The notes beneath the pieces were generated by a model. It worked only from the letters and a program-made list of their open reading frames with translations, was not told the origin of the DNA and searched no databases. Below are positions 1-10,032 of a stretch of 64,000 bases of DNA, piece after piece (positions within the stretch are counted from its first letter, which is position 1; each line of letters begins with the position of its first letter). The position numbers were made by a program, and so were the translations under genes. Source of the stretch: Desulfatiglandales bacterium (GTDB lineage Bacteria > Desulfobacterota > DSM-4660 > Desulfatiglandales > HGW-15). The stretch spans positions 2,400,001 to 2,464,000 of the forward strand of contig CAXXJJ010000004.1 of the NCBI GenBank assembly GCA_963667015.2. The letters are read 5' to 3'.

Positions 1-1064
1 GCCTTAAGACGCCCTGCATCAAAGATGGGTGCAAGCAGACTGCTTGTCAGGCTCAAGACTGTTTCAGTTTCAACCGAGGAGAAGCTTTGCCTGCTTCTTC
101 CATATGAAACACCAAGGGAAAGCCGGGGGAACCTTTCGGCTACCGAAGCAGCCAGATTGCGGTCAGCTGCCTGTAAAGCGAGAAAGCACGCCCGTAAATC
201 CGCCCGGTTGATGAAAAGTTCAAAAGGTGCAGCAACCACGGTCAATTTTTCAATTGAAGGCAGCTCATCATCAATGAGATCAGTACAATCCGGAAGAGTG
301 CCCATCAGAACCGCATAGGTATTGGAGGCTACGAGTTTTTTTGAGATTATTTCAGGCAGGGCCTTTTCAGTTGCCAACAATCGCCCCCGCTGCTGCAGTA
401 TATCAACACGGCTTCCCTGTCCCTGCTTATAATATGCTTCTGTCAAAGCAAGAAATTTAAGATTCGTTTCATGCTGCTCTGCCAGGACATTCTCAAGCTT
501 TTTTGATACATGGTAGTTTATCCATGCCCGGACCAGAAGATCCTGAAGATCCATTTTTGTTTTATCCAGTATTGCCTCTTTTTCTTTGACGGTCAGAGAG
601 GACGCCTTTTCTTTAGCCCGTAACTGCCCCCATATATCCGGTTCCCACTTCATGATACCACTCAAAGAAAATATGTTTCCTGTACCATGTTCAGTTCCGC
701 TGCTATTGCCCCCAATCTTTGAACGATCAAAGCCTGCCCCTGCATCTATTGAAGGAAATAAAGATGAGTGTTTAACACGATGAGCAGCAACCGCCTGCTC
801 AACACGTGCTGCGGCAGCCTCCACTTCATGATTTTGGCTGATCAGCTTAACAACATCATCATGCAGATTTTTAGATGGAAAACTGTCTTGCCATTGCGGC
901 TGTCCTTCAGGAACCGATAAAATATCACCCGAATATTCCTGGGGGAATTTTTCTCCTGCATTAAAATTCTTATGAACAGGGGCAAGGCTGCAGCCGGATA
1001 AAAACAATAGACACCCCAGGGATATGGCTGATTTATTAAATGAATTGCCTGTTATTTTAGACAT
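1..1064 (-). CDS. RND efflux outer-membrane factor lipoprotein (OprM/NodT/TolC family); 3' end lies outside the window
   Basis: Hand translation from ATG at 1064 gives MSKITGNSFNKSAISLGCLLFLSGCSLAP (lipobox LSGC), then WEPDIWGQLR, NRADLRA and APIFDAGRL. The frame stays open to the window edge, which explains its absence from the ORF track. Confidence 0.85.
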   Translation of the reverse strand, partial: MSKITGNSFNKSAISLGCLLFLSGCSLAPVHKNFNAGEKFPQEYSGDILSVPEGQPQWQDSFPSKNLHDDVVKLISQNHEVEAAAARVEQAVAAHRVKHSSLFPSIDAGAGFDRSKIGGNSSGTEHGTGNIFSLSGIMKWEPDIWGQLRAKEKASSLTVKEKEAILDKTKMDLQDLLVRAWINYHVSKKLENVLAEQHETNLKFLALTEAYYKQGQGSRVDILQQRGRLLATEKALPEIISKKLVASNTYAVLMGTLPDCTDLIDDELPSIEKLTVVAAPFELFINRADLRACFLALQAADRNLAASVAERFPRLSLGVSYGRSRQSFSSVETETVLSLTSSLLAPIFDAGRLK

Positions 1065-1084
1065 GATATAATCTTTTCAGCCTG

Positions 1085-2065
1085 TTAAAAGTTATACATT
1101 ATTCCCAGGACAGCACTTATCTCAATATCATCATCTACAATAGGGCTGTTGCTTATTTCACTGCCAAGCTTGTTTGCTTCTATCAAAGCTACAAATGTAT
1201 AATTTCCAAGGAACGGCTTTTGAATCATGAGCTCAGCGCCTATTTCTAAGCATGATCCGGGATCATATAATGGGCGCTCTAAAGTGGCTTCCCGGGCTGA
1301 GACACCATATAAATAGTCAACCTTTTTCCTGCTAAGCCAAGACACATTTAATCCTGCATTTAGTTGAAACCCTGCAACGTGCCATGGATACTCCAGAGAA
1401 AGTTCAACTTCCTGACCGCTTTTCTCGCTACTAATATCGTGGAGCACTTCAATGCCTGTTATAAAATCTCCCACCATCATTTCGCCCTCCAGCCCGACAC
1501 TGTATGTTGAACTTAATTTATCCATACCTGTCAGATAACTACTGTCTCCGGGATCGTAACCCTCTTCAAAAATATATTCTCCCATAGCGGCCACTGAGTA
1601 TGATTTCCCTTGAAACATTGTATAGGAGACGCTCAACCCATCCTGTGTCATAATTTCAAAGGGCCCGTTCTCGTATCTCAGGAATGGCACAGGCTGTATT
1701 TCACTGTCCACTCCCCTGTAGACATCTCTCTCAAAAAGCACCGCAGCGCCTAGAGACAACTCTCCTCCTATTAACGGCAGTTCCTTTTCTTCCTCAACAT
1801 GCAGGATATCTTCATCTTGTGAGAGAATGAATTCATACACACGCCCATCCCTATCCCTTGCTTCTACTTCAGTTACCGGTATGCCATTCCATGTGTCTTC
1901 CCTGATTTCCACGATCTCAGCACCCGGATATTTATTTTTTATTTTATACTTTACAGCTTCGGAAATTTCTTCAGCACCCGAAGAAGGGATGACTCCCAAA
2001 GAAACATACAAAAATATTAACTGTATAGTTATCCACCCAAGTCCCTTAATTTTTAGATATAACAA
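1085..2065 (-). CDS. MipA/OmpV-family outer-membrane protein with N-terminal PepSY-like domain
   Basis: Signal peptide; KYPGAEIVEI...VYEFILSQDEDIL (PepSY-like); MipA-like YRGVD..QPVPFLRYE and DYLYGVS; C-terminal Phe (YNF). Confidence 0.7.
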   Translation of the reverse strand: MLYLKIKGLGWITIQLIFLYVSLGVIPSSGAEEISEAVKYKIKNKYPGAEIVEIREDTWNGIPVTEVEARDRDGRVYEFILSQDEDILHVEEEKELPLIGGELSLGAAVLFERDVYRGVDSEIQPVPFLRYENGPFEIMTQDGLSVSYTMFQGKSYSVAAMGEYIFEEGYDPGDSSYLTGMDKLSSTYSVGLEGEMMVGDFITGIEVLHDISSEKSGQEVELSLEYPWHVAGFQLNAGLNVSWLSRKKVDYLYGVSAREATLERPLYDPGSCLEIGAELMIQKPFLGNYTFVALIEANKLGSEISNSPIVDDDIEISAVLGIMYNF

Positions 2066-2273
2066 TTTTCAATCCTCCTGCTTCTCTGGTTTTTACTCAA
2101 GGAGGGAAAGGTGTAAATATCGCTTTCCCCCAAGTCACATTACTGTTTTTTATATATATGGCGTCCGATAAAACCTGTCTTTAATTGAGTACAGGTCTGT
2201 AAATATGTAATACCGGCAGTCACTATGACAGGTCATGTGTGAAAAGAATGTCAAAAAAGAATTAAAAAATTGT

Positions 2274-3578
2274 GGATCATCCGGTTAATGAGTACGCCTG
2301 AGAGTGTAAATGATACAATCTCAATTTAAAGTATACCATATCCCGAAAGCCATAGGCCTGTCTTTTAAGGGTTTTTATTTTATTATTAATACCTTCGACT
2401 TGAGCGGAAGTAATTCGATGGAAAAAGTAGTTCAATAAACCATGGCTATGCTGCATAAGGGTTTTGGATACTTTTACTAAAGGTTTTATGCCTGATTTTT
2501 CAGCATCAGTGCACCACGCATCCAGGAACAAAGCTGCGTCAATGTAAGTGTCTTTTTCCCAAAATTGTCTCAGTTGTTCTTTCATTGTATGGGCAGTGAA
2601 AAGAGGTTCGTTGACCCGGAGCAAGTTATTAAGGCGGTCTTGCTTTTCATCACAAAGTTTTTCGTAATTTTTCAAAAGAAGGAAGCGGGAGCCTTTTATG
2701 AGATTTGCTCCTTCTTGATCGATTTTTGCCTGTTGCTCCCGCCTCACATCCTCAATGGCATTGTTCATTAAAGCAGAGATGTGATAGTGATCGAAAACTA
2801 TTGGTACAAGGGGCAAATGCTCCTGCACTGCAGCGATAAAGCTTTTACTCATGTCCATGGCAATGGCTTTTAGCTTAGGGGATCTTTTTTTTATGCGTTT
2901 TAGAAAGGGTTCTATATCTTCACCTGATCGGCCTTCAACGGCGTGGAGTATACGTCCTGATTTAAGATCAACAAAGATACTCATATAATTATGACCTTTT
3001 CTAATACTGAATTCATCAATGCCCAGGTATTCTAATTTTTCCAATGGTGGTGTTTTGTAACGGCGTTTTAAGTGTTCCTTATGGATATCTTTAATCAGAT
3101 CCCAACCAACACTTAGAATGCTGGCTGTTCCGGAGATAGTCATCCAGTGTAGTAGATCAATAGCAAATTTTGCGAAACGCCTTGTATATCGTTTTTTACC
3201 CTCGGAAAAAGGGAGTTTAGGCCATCTTAGAGAGTGACAGTCTTCACAATAAAGACGCCATATCTTTACCCTTAGAAAGGTTGGCCTCGAACCTATGGGG
3301 TTCATTTTAAAATCCCTGATTTTTACACCCTTTTGTCTGCTTGTTTTATGACTTTTACACTCAGGGCAATACTCAATGGAATTTGATACTTCTAAGTTAA
3401 ATATAGTAACCCCATTTTTATATTTTGTAGAAATATACTTGACTCCTTTGATTCCAAAGGCATGATAGAGTAATGAGGTGGACATGTGGTTGATACCTCC
3501 TTTTGGTGTGGTTACCATTGGATTATCAACCTATTCCACCTCTATTTCAACTTTATGTACTCATTAACCGGATGATCC
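2274..3578 (-). mobile_element. ISL3-family insertion sequence, 1305 bp, with 22-bp perfect terminal IRs and 8-bp target duplication AAAATTGT
   Basis: IR GGATCATCCGGTTAATGAGTAC at 2274-2295 and its reverse complement at 3557-3578; AAAATTGT at 2266-2273 and 3579-3586. Confidence 0.95.
2277..3485 (-). CDS. ISL3-family transposase
   Basis: Zn ribbon CPEC...CEDC, LGIDEF, IAMDMS, FDHYH, EGINNKIKTLKRQAYGFRD. ATG at 3485 follows a GGAGG RBS (the ORF track starts at 3518). Confidence 0.95.
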   Translation of the reverse strand: MSTSLLYHAFGIKGVKYISTKYKNGVTIFNLEVSNSIEYCPECKSHKTSRQKGVKIRDFKMNPIGSRPTFLRVKIWRLYCEDCHSLRWPKLPFSEGKKRYTRRFAKFAIDLLHWMTISGTASILSVGWDLIKDIHKEHLKRRYKTPPLEKLEYLGIDEFSIRKGHNYMSIFVDLKSGRILHAVEGRSGEDIEPFLKRIKKRSPKLKAIAMDMSKSFIAAVQEHLPLVPIVFDHYHISALMNNAIEDVRREQQAKIDQEGANLIKGSRFLLLKNYEKLCDEKQDRLNNLLRVNEPLFTAHTMKEQLRQFWEKDTYIDAALFLDAWCTDAEKSGIKPLVKVSKTLMQHSHGLLNYFFHRITSAQVEGINNKIKTLKRQAYGFRDMVYFKLRLYHLHSQAYSLTG

Positions 3579-3871
3579 AAAATTGTAGAAAATGAAGTTA
3601 TAGGAAATTAAGAGTGAAGATAGATGTTTTAGTGAATAATATTCAAATATATCAGAATTTAAAAGAAAATGGATACTTCGATTAAACCTTTGCCAGATGG
3701 TTATGGCCCGGCACGCAGGGCAAGGGAGTAGGAGATGAAATTTTTATTGATATAATAATGTTACCTGTTATATAAATTATATCAGTTAGTGTTTTTATAA
3801 AGGAATCATCAGATTCAGTTAGTTTATATTCATATCCGGATACTCCGGTATGTTATTTTATATACATAGAT

Positions 3872-4600
3872 ATGAAGTATAAAATTTTTACCTACATTCT
3901 CCTGGCTTTCTTTATTTCCTCATGCTCCATGAAAAGGAGTTACGTCAGGGTTGAAAAGCCCTCTACAGGTAACAGCACCTCCTCGAAAAAAGACGGTTCA
4001 TATGTAATAGACGGGGAACGCTATTACCCCATTACCAGTTCGTCAGGATTTGTTCAGCTTGGCAAGGCATCCTGGTATGGAGACGAATTCCATGGCCGAA
4101 AAACTGCAAATGGCGAAGTATATGACATGCACCAGAAAAGTGCTGCTCATAAGATCCTGCCCTTCAACACATATGTTAAGGTACAGAACCTGGACAATAA
4201 CACTTACACGATTGTAAGGATCAACGACCGCGGCCCGTTTAAAAAGGGAAGAATAATAGATCTCTCATTCGAGGCGGCAAAGGAAATAGGCCTTGTTGGC
4301 CCCGGTGTTGCCAATGTAAAAATCACTGCCCTTAGAAAAGATCAAATTGATCCGGGTATAAAGGAAGGGACTTTCACAGTTCAGGTCGGTTCATTTGGTG
4401 AGCAGGAAAATGCCAAAAGACTCGGAGAAAAGTTGAGGATTTTATACGATTATATAAACATAACAGAATTTAAAGATGCAAATAATAGAAAATTCTTCAG
4501 ACTGCACGTATCAAAAACCCATACCCTTGACAGTGCAGTCGAGATAGAGAAAAAACTGGAAGAAATGGGTTTTACAGAGGCATTTATTGTACGCCTCTAA
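3872..4600 (+). CDS. rlpA: septal ring lytic transglycosylase RlpA family lipoprotein with C-terminal SPOR domain
   Basis: Lipobox ISSC, GKASWYG..FHGRKTANGE, VRINDRGPF..GRIIDLS, SPOR motif VQVGSF. Confidence 0.9.
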   Translation: MKYKIFTYILLAFFISSCSMKRSYVRVEKPSTGNSTSSKKDGSYVIDGERYYPITSSSGFVQLGKASWYGDEFHGRKTANGEVYDMHQKSAAHKILPFNTYVKVQNLDNNTYTIVRINDRGPFKKGRIIDLSFEAAKEIGLVGPGVANVKITALRKDQIDPGIKEGTFTVQVGSFGEQENAKRLGEKLRILYDYINITEFKDANNRKFFRLHVSKTHTLDSAVEIEKKLEEMGFTEAFIVRL

Positions 4601-4601
4601 A

Positions 4602-4883
4602 TCAGGGATTGAGTTTATCTCTTAATACACCCGATGTCTTGAAAATAACAACCCTTCTTGGTGCCAGGATAAGATCTTCCGAGGTCTGAGGATTTCTTCC
4701 GCGTCTTTGCGCCTTACCTTTCACAGACAGCTTTCCAAACCCGCTTATTAAAACATCATCACCACTTGTGAGGGATGACTTAATCATCTCGAACAGTCTT
4801 TCGACAACAGAGCGGGACTTTGTTTTGCTCAAGCCAACATTGTCATAGATATCACAAATAATTTGTTCTTTTGTTAAAGCCAT
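4602..4883 (-). CDS. ihfA: integration host factor subunit alpha
   Basis: MALTK, ISGFGK, RGRNPQT, RRVVIFK. Confidence 0.85.
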   Translation of the reverse strand: MALTKEQIICDIYDNVGLSKTKSRSVVERLFEMIKSSLTSGDDVLISGFGKLSVKGKAQRRGRNPQTSEDLILAPRRVVIFKTSGVLRDKLNP

Positions 4884-4919
4884 TGCCAATCCTCCGGGTC
4901 ATGATGATACATAAGATTT

Positions 4920-5414
4920 TTACTTTTTATCAAAACCAAATTTTTGTTTCAGTTTAGCACAGACTATAGGCGGCACAAGACCTTTTATATCACCGCCATA
5001 CCTGGCAGCCTCCTTCACAATCGTTGAGCTGATGTAAAACCATTTATAATCTGTCATCAAAAATACGGATTGAATATCCCTGTTGAGCTTCCTGTTCATT
5101 AACGCCATCTGGAATTCATACTCAAAATCAGATAATGCCCTCAGTCCACGGACAATAACATTTGTATTTTTTTTGACAGCATAATCAATGAGCAGCCCGT
5201 TAAATGTATCGATCTCAATGTTTTCTTCACTTTTAAAGATCTCACTCAGCATTGAAATCCGCTCTTCGAGTGAAAACAGAGGAGTCTTATTGGGATTAAT
5301 CAGTATTGCAACAACTAACTTATCAAATATTTTTAAGGCACGTTTTATTATACTTATATGTCCATTGGTCAGGGGATCAAATGTTCCCGGATATATTGCT
5401 AATTTCTGGCTCAT
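4920..5414 (-). CDS. coaD: pantetheine-phosphate adenylyltransferase
   Basis: YPGTFDPLTNGH, RGLRALSDFEYE, ISSTIVKE. Confidence 0.95.
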   Translation of the reverse strand: MSQKLAIYPGTFDPLTNGHISIIKRALKIFDKLVVAILINPNKTPLFSLEERISMLSEIFKSEENIEIDTFNGLLIDYAVKKNTNVIVRGLRALSDFEYEFQMALMNRKLNRDIQSVFLMTDYKWFYISSTIVKEAARYGGDIKGLVPPIVCAKLKQKFGFDKK

Positions 5415-5971
5415 CAATCTTCTCTGTTATAAATATCTATTTTTGTTTCACCATATTGTCTGGTTTTAACCAGATGAAATTTTTCTACGCTGTCAGGAAG
5501 CCGATCATGTTTCATGGATTCTGTTACAATATATGACCCATCGGCCATAATCTCGCTTTTAACAATGGATTCCAATACTCCCGGTATAATATCTTTTCCA
5601 TAGGGAGGATCAATAAAGGCAAGATCGATTATTCCCTGTTTTAATTTATCATGGTGCGGGATGCCTTCTGTTAAATCTTTCTTTATAACCTGCCCCTTGA
5701 AACTGAACCCGCAGAGCTCAAGGTTTTTTTTGATCAGGGCAAGGGATCTGTTGGAGTTATCAACAAAAAGTGCCCATGCAGCGCCACGGCTCAAGGCCTC
5801 GATCCCCATAATGCCCGTTCCGGCAAAAAAATCAACCACATGAAATCCGGAAATATTATTTCCTATTATATTAAAAACCGCCTGCCTGACTTTACTTGAT
5901 GTCGGCCGGATATTTAATCCGCTTACAGTTCCTAATACCCTGCCGTTTAACTCTCCACCTGTTATCCTCAT
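5414..5971 (-). CDS. rsmD: 16S rRNA m2G966 methyltransferase
   Basis: MRITGG, RPT, DFFAGTG, EALSRGA, FIDPPY; next to coaD. Confidence 0.93.
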   Translation of the reverse strand: MRITGGELNGRVLGTVSGLNIRPTSSKVRQAVFNIIGNNISGFHVVDFFAGTGIMGIEALSRGAAWALFVDNSNRSLALIKKNLELCGFSFKGQVIKKDLTEGIPHHDKLKQGIIDLAFIDPPYGKDIIPGVLESIVKSEIMADGSYIVTESMKHDRLPDSVEKFHLVKTRQYGETKIDIYNRED

Positions 5972-6068
5972 TTACTTTAACTCAATAAAATTCTAAGGAA
6001 TTTCATTATATTTTTTAAAATTATTTGTCAACGGGATATAATTACAGATTCTTATACCCGGGATGAGA

Positions 6069-6764
6069 TTATTTCCCCTGCCTTATATCAGGAGCCTGTA
6101 TATAGTTAGGGATTATATCCATGACATCATCAAAATCATTTTTATGAAAACGTTTCAATCCGAGCATGCCTACTGAGGATGCCCGCAGATTCCAGTGCTC
6201 AGGACCGGCGAATATCATGTATTCATTACCCGACTCCTGAATAAGCGGTACCTGTTTTTGAAAGTCATTCCCAACTATAATGGTTGGACAATCTATCAAT
6301 ATACCTACATCTTTTATCTTCATGCTTTCATCACCGGACTGTCTGACAAGGTCATTGCCGGCAAGGTTATGACCTTCTTCTCTCCTGAAAAAGGCATAGA
6401 AGACCTCATCTCTTCTGGAAGCAATCATGGCGCATACTTGTTTTTCCGCACAGGGGATAGATGACGCAAGGGCATCGATACCGGATATCCCTATCAAAGG
6501 AATATCCATACTGTATGCAATACCTTTGGCTGCGGATAATCCTACCCTGAGACCGGTAAAACTTCCCGGTCCCGTGGATACTGCCACGACTTTTATGTTT
6601 TTGATATCAGCGCCGGAGGCCTGAAATAGCTGGTCAATAGCGGGAATGAATCCTGTAAATGTTTTTCCCTTTGGAGTTACCATATACTCTGCAATGATAA
6701 CTCCCTGCATAGTCATCAATGCAATGCTGTACTGGACCGTTGAGCTGTTTATGGCTAATAACAT
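6069..6764 (-). CDS. tsaB: t6A biosynthesis protein TsaB
   Basis: GPGSFTGLRVGLSAAKG motif. Confidence 0.92.
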   Translation of the reverse strand: MLLAINSSTVQYSIALMTMQGVIIAEYMVTPKGKTFTGFIPAIDQLFQASGADIKNIKVVAVSTGPGSFTGLRVGLSAAKGIAYSMDIPLIGISGIDALASSIPCAEKQVCAMIASRRDEVFYAFFRREEGHNLAGNDLVRQSGDESMKIKDVGILIDCPTIIVGNDFQKQVPLIQESGNEYMIFAGPEHWNLRASSVGMLGLKRFHKNDFDDVMDIIPNYIQAPDIRQGK

Positions 6765-6768
6765 CTAT

Positions 6769-7914
6769 CTATTCTGCAAACAGCCGTAGAATATCATTAT
6801 AGAAGACCACTACCATTAACAGGAGCAGCAGAGAAAGACCTATTTTCATTGCAAATTCGCGTTTATTCATGCTGATGGGCTTACCCTGAACCAGTTCAAA
6901 CAACAGAAACAGGATTACTCCGCCGTCAAGTATAGGTATGGGGAAAAGATTCAGTATCCCCAGGTTAATACTGATGATTGCCATAAATGGAATCAGGTAA
7001 CCCATGCCCTCCTGAACAAGTTCTCCCGTCATCTGTCCGATCATTATCGGGCCGCCCACAGTCTTTATTGAGACTTCTCCCTCAAATAATTTTACTACGA
7101 CCATAAATGTCAACTTGATCCATCGCCAGGTCTCGGAAAGTGCCTCCTTAAATGCATCCACCGGCCCCATCTTCACATACTCAACCTTTGTTGAATTGCC
7201 CACGCTTATTCCGACTATAGTCTTTTTTACTGCTTCTCCGGATTCATTTTGTAATGTTGATTCAACAGGGGTAACAGAATAAGAAGAGAGCTCATCATTC
7301 CTCCTCACAGTAATTTCAACAGGTATCCCTGCCTTACCCTTCAGAAAACCACTCACATCTTCCTCTTTTTCAATTGTTTTTCCATCAATGGATATTATTA
7401 TATCTCCCCTTGTCAGGCCCGCTTTTTGAGCAGGAAATCCATTGGTAACGCTATAAATTTCGGGGGTAAATACAGGCTCGGGAACAGATGAGGGGCTTCC
7501 TAAAATTATGTAAAGTCCAAAAAACAGGAAAAAAGCGAGGATAAGATTAAATACAGGACCGGCAGCCACTATTGCAATTCTTTTAAAGGGGTGCTGATGG
7601 TTAAAGGCCCTTGGGATATCTTTTTCATCAATAGGCTCAGCATCCTCATCAAAATCATCCTCACCAAGCATCTTCACAAAACCGCCAAGGGGCAGATACC
7701 TTATTGAATACTCTGTCTCACCATATTCTCTGGATACTATTCTCGGGCCGAATCCAAGGGCAAACTTTAAAACCTTTACATTAAAAAATTTGGCAGCCAG
7801 AAAATGCCCCAGTTCATGGAAAAAAATCATTATTCCAAGCACAATAACCAGGGGAATTATGTAAATAAATAACAGGTGGCTTATATTCTGAAAAAAATCT
7901 ATTATAATATCCAT
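6769..7914 (-). CDS. rseP: RIP metalloprotease RseP
   Basis: HELGH, PLGGFVKM, PDZ domain, NLFPIPILDGG. Confidence 0.95.
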   Translation of the reverse strand: MDIIIDFFQNISHLLFIYIIPLVIVLGIMIFFHELGHFLAAKFFNVKVLKFALGFGPRIVSREYGETEYSIRYLPLGGFVKMLGEDDFDEDAEPIDEKDIPRAFNHQHPFKRIAIVAAGPVFNLILAFFLFFGLYIILGSPSSVPEPVFTPEIYSVTNGFPAQKAGLTRGDIIISIDGKTIEKEEDVSGFLKGKAGIPVEITVRRNDELSSYSVTPVESTLQNESGEAVKKTIVGISVGNSTKVEYVKMGPVDAFKEALSETWRWIKLTFMVVVKLFEGEVSIKTVGGPIMIGQMTGELVQEGMGYLIPFMAIISINLGILNLFPIPILDGGVILFLLFELVQGKPISMNKREFAMKIGLSLLLLLMVVVFYNDILRLFAE

Positions 7915-7989
7915 TAGTAAACTCGTTTTTTATAGTTTTATCGTTCAATTTAAGAAACAAATAAAATAATTAAAGGGTTTAAACACCAT

Positions 7990-9153
7990 TTATTTCTTAA
8001 TTCTGTTGATCTCTTCCTGCGCCTTTGCCCTGGCCCATGAATCCGCCGCTATAACGCCCTGTATGGAGTCAACCGAAGAGCTGTTATGGGCATGCATTGT
8101 TTTTTCTATTATTTCAGGTATCTGAAGGAATGATATTTCCTTTTCTAAAAAAGATGCAACTGCTATCTCATTTGCACCGTTCAACACGGCCGGCATGCTT
8201 TTTCCTTCCTTTAAGGCATCAATCGCAAGCTTAAGACACCTGAATTTAACCATATCAGGCTCAAAAAATGTAAGCTTCCCAATAGTTTCAAGCCTTAACT
8301 GGGGCAGGTTGGTCCTGAGATGCTCGGGATATGAAAGGGCATAAGAAATTGGAGTCATCATATCAGGCACACCAAGCTGGGCTATAACAGACCCGTCATT
8401 ATATTCAACCATCGAGTGAATAATACTTTCCGGGTGTACAAGTACATCAATCTGGTCCAGATCAAGGTTAAAGAGCCACTTTGCCTCGATAATCTCCAGG
8501 CCCTTATTCATTAGTGTAGCGGAATCAATGGTAATCTTTTTTCCCATCTCCCAGTTGGGGTGTTTAAGCGCCATTTCAGGTGTAATATCTTCGATCTGAG
8601 ATAAGGAGTATTCCCTGAAGGGACCGCCTGAAGCGGTTAGGATTATGCGATTGAGGTCCGCCCGGTTATGCCCCTGAAGAGACTGAAAGACCGCACTGTG
8701 CTCACTGTCAACAGGGAGCATGGAGACCTTCTTTTTTTCCGCAAGATCCATGATCATGGCACCTGCCATTACCATTGTCTCTTTATTGGCAAGGGCAATA
8801 TCTTTTCCTGAGCGAATTGCCTCATAGGTAGGAAGGAGACCCGCGGCACCGCTTATAGCGGATACCACCATATCTGCTTCATCCATTGATGCAATTTCTG
8901 TTACTCCATCATCTCCCCATAATATCTCAGTCTTAATATCTCTGCTTAACCTGCTTCTTAAAATCTCTGCCTGATCCTGCTGTGATACTGCAGCCGCCAG
9001 AGGGGAATATTTTTCAATCTGGGCCTGAAGAAGATCAATATTATTGCCTGCTGTAAGTGCTATAACTCTATATCTGTCAGGATTGGTATCTAGAACCTTG
9101 AGAGTGCTTGTTCCTATTGATCCGGTTGAACCGAGTATTGTTATATTTTTCAT
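7990..9153 (-). CDS. dxr: 1-deoxy-D-xylulose-5-phosphate reductoisomerase
   Basis: ILGSTGSIG, LANKE, PVDSEHSA, HPNWEMG.KITIDSATLMNKGLE. Confidence 0.97.
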   Translation of the reverse strand: MKNITILGSTGSIGTSTLKVLDTNPDRYRVIALTAGNNIDLLQAQIEKYSPLAAAVSQQDQAEILRSRLSRDIKTEILWGDDGVTEIASMDEADMVVSAISGAAGLLPTYEAIRSGKDIALANKETMVMAGAMIMDLAEKKKVSMLPVDSEHSAVFQSLQGHNRADLNRIILTASGGPFREYSLSQIEDITPEMALKHPNWEMGKKITIDSATLMNKGLEIIEAKWLFNLDLDQIDVLVHPESIIHSMVEYNDGSVIAQLGVPDMMTPISYALSYPEHLRTNLPQLRLETIGKLTFFEPDMVKFRCLKLAIDALKEGKSMPAVLNGANEIAVASFLEKEISFLQIPEIIEKTMHAHNSSSVDSIQGVIAADSWARAKAQEEINRIKK

Positions 9154-9192
9154 TTTATAATTTCCTGCCGCCATGCATCGCAGACCACAAAA

Positions 9193-10008
9193 TTATATGG
9201 TCATCATCAAAAAAACATATAGAACCGGCGCTGCAAACAAAAGGCTGTCAATCCTGTCCAGAATTCCACCGTGCCCCGGAAGCAGCGTCCCCGAATCCTT
9301 GACATTAAAGCTCCTTTTTAACATTGATTCTGCGAGATCCCCTACCTGGCCGGCAACTGATAAAAGGATTACGAGTAGAATAATAGACGGATCAACCGGA
9401 TGCAGCCTGAAAATCTTAAGGAATGCAATAGCTATAATAATAGCTAACACTAATCCTCCGATAGAACCTTCCCAGGTTTTTTTGGGACTGACCGTTTCAT
9501 ACAATTTATGTTCACCAAATAATTTGCCGCTGTAAAATGCCCCTGTATCATTGGCGGATGTAATCACCAGTAAAAAAAATATCCATATTCCCCTGACCGG
9601 GTGCTGGATGAGGTACAGTCTGTCTATCTGAATAAACATTGCAATGGGCAGGCATACATAAATAAACCCGGCGGCAATTATTCCTGCCTCCGAGAGATAT
9701 TTTTCACCTCTCAGGGGATCAATAAAAAGGAAATAAAGCATTGGGAATATTACAAGAAAACTGAGTATCCCCATCAAAAGCATCACATGGCCTTTATACA
9801 TGGCAAAAAACAGTGCCAGGGTCAGAAGTCCTGCAACCGATTTGAGAAACAGCGGCAGGTCAGGCAGGGTTAGCCTGTTGAATTCATTAAGTCCTGCAAG
9901 ACTGGTAAGAAATAAAAACAGGTAAAAGACCCATCTCGGGCTGAAACCTACAAGGTAGATCAGTATGGGAATAGCAACAATCGCTGTTAGCCATCTTTTT
10001 AAATGCAT
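9193..10008 (-). CDS. cdsA: phosphatidate cytidylyltransferase
   Basis: SPKKTWEG, KDSG.LLPGHGGILDRIDS. Confidence 0.95.
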   Translation of the reverse strand: MHLKRWLTAIVAIPILIYLVGFSPRWVFYLFLFLTSLAGLNEFNRLTLPDLPLFLKSVAGLLTLALFFAMYKGHVMLLMGILSFLVIFPMLYFLFIDPLRGEKYLSEAGIIAAGFIYVCLPIAMFIQIDRLYLIQHPVRGIWIFFLLVITSANDTGAFYSGKLFGEHKLYETVSPKKTWEGSIGGLVLAIIIAIAFLKIFRLHPVDPSIILLVILLSVAGQVGDLAESMLKRSFNVKDSGTLLPGHGGILDRIDSLLFAAPVLYVFLMMTI

Positions 10009-10032
10009 AGTTTCGTATAAAAAAGATTAATA

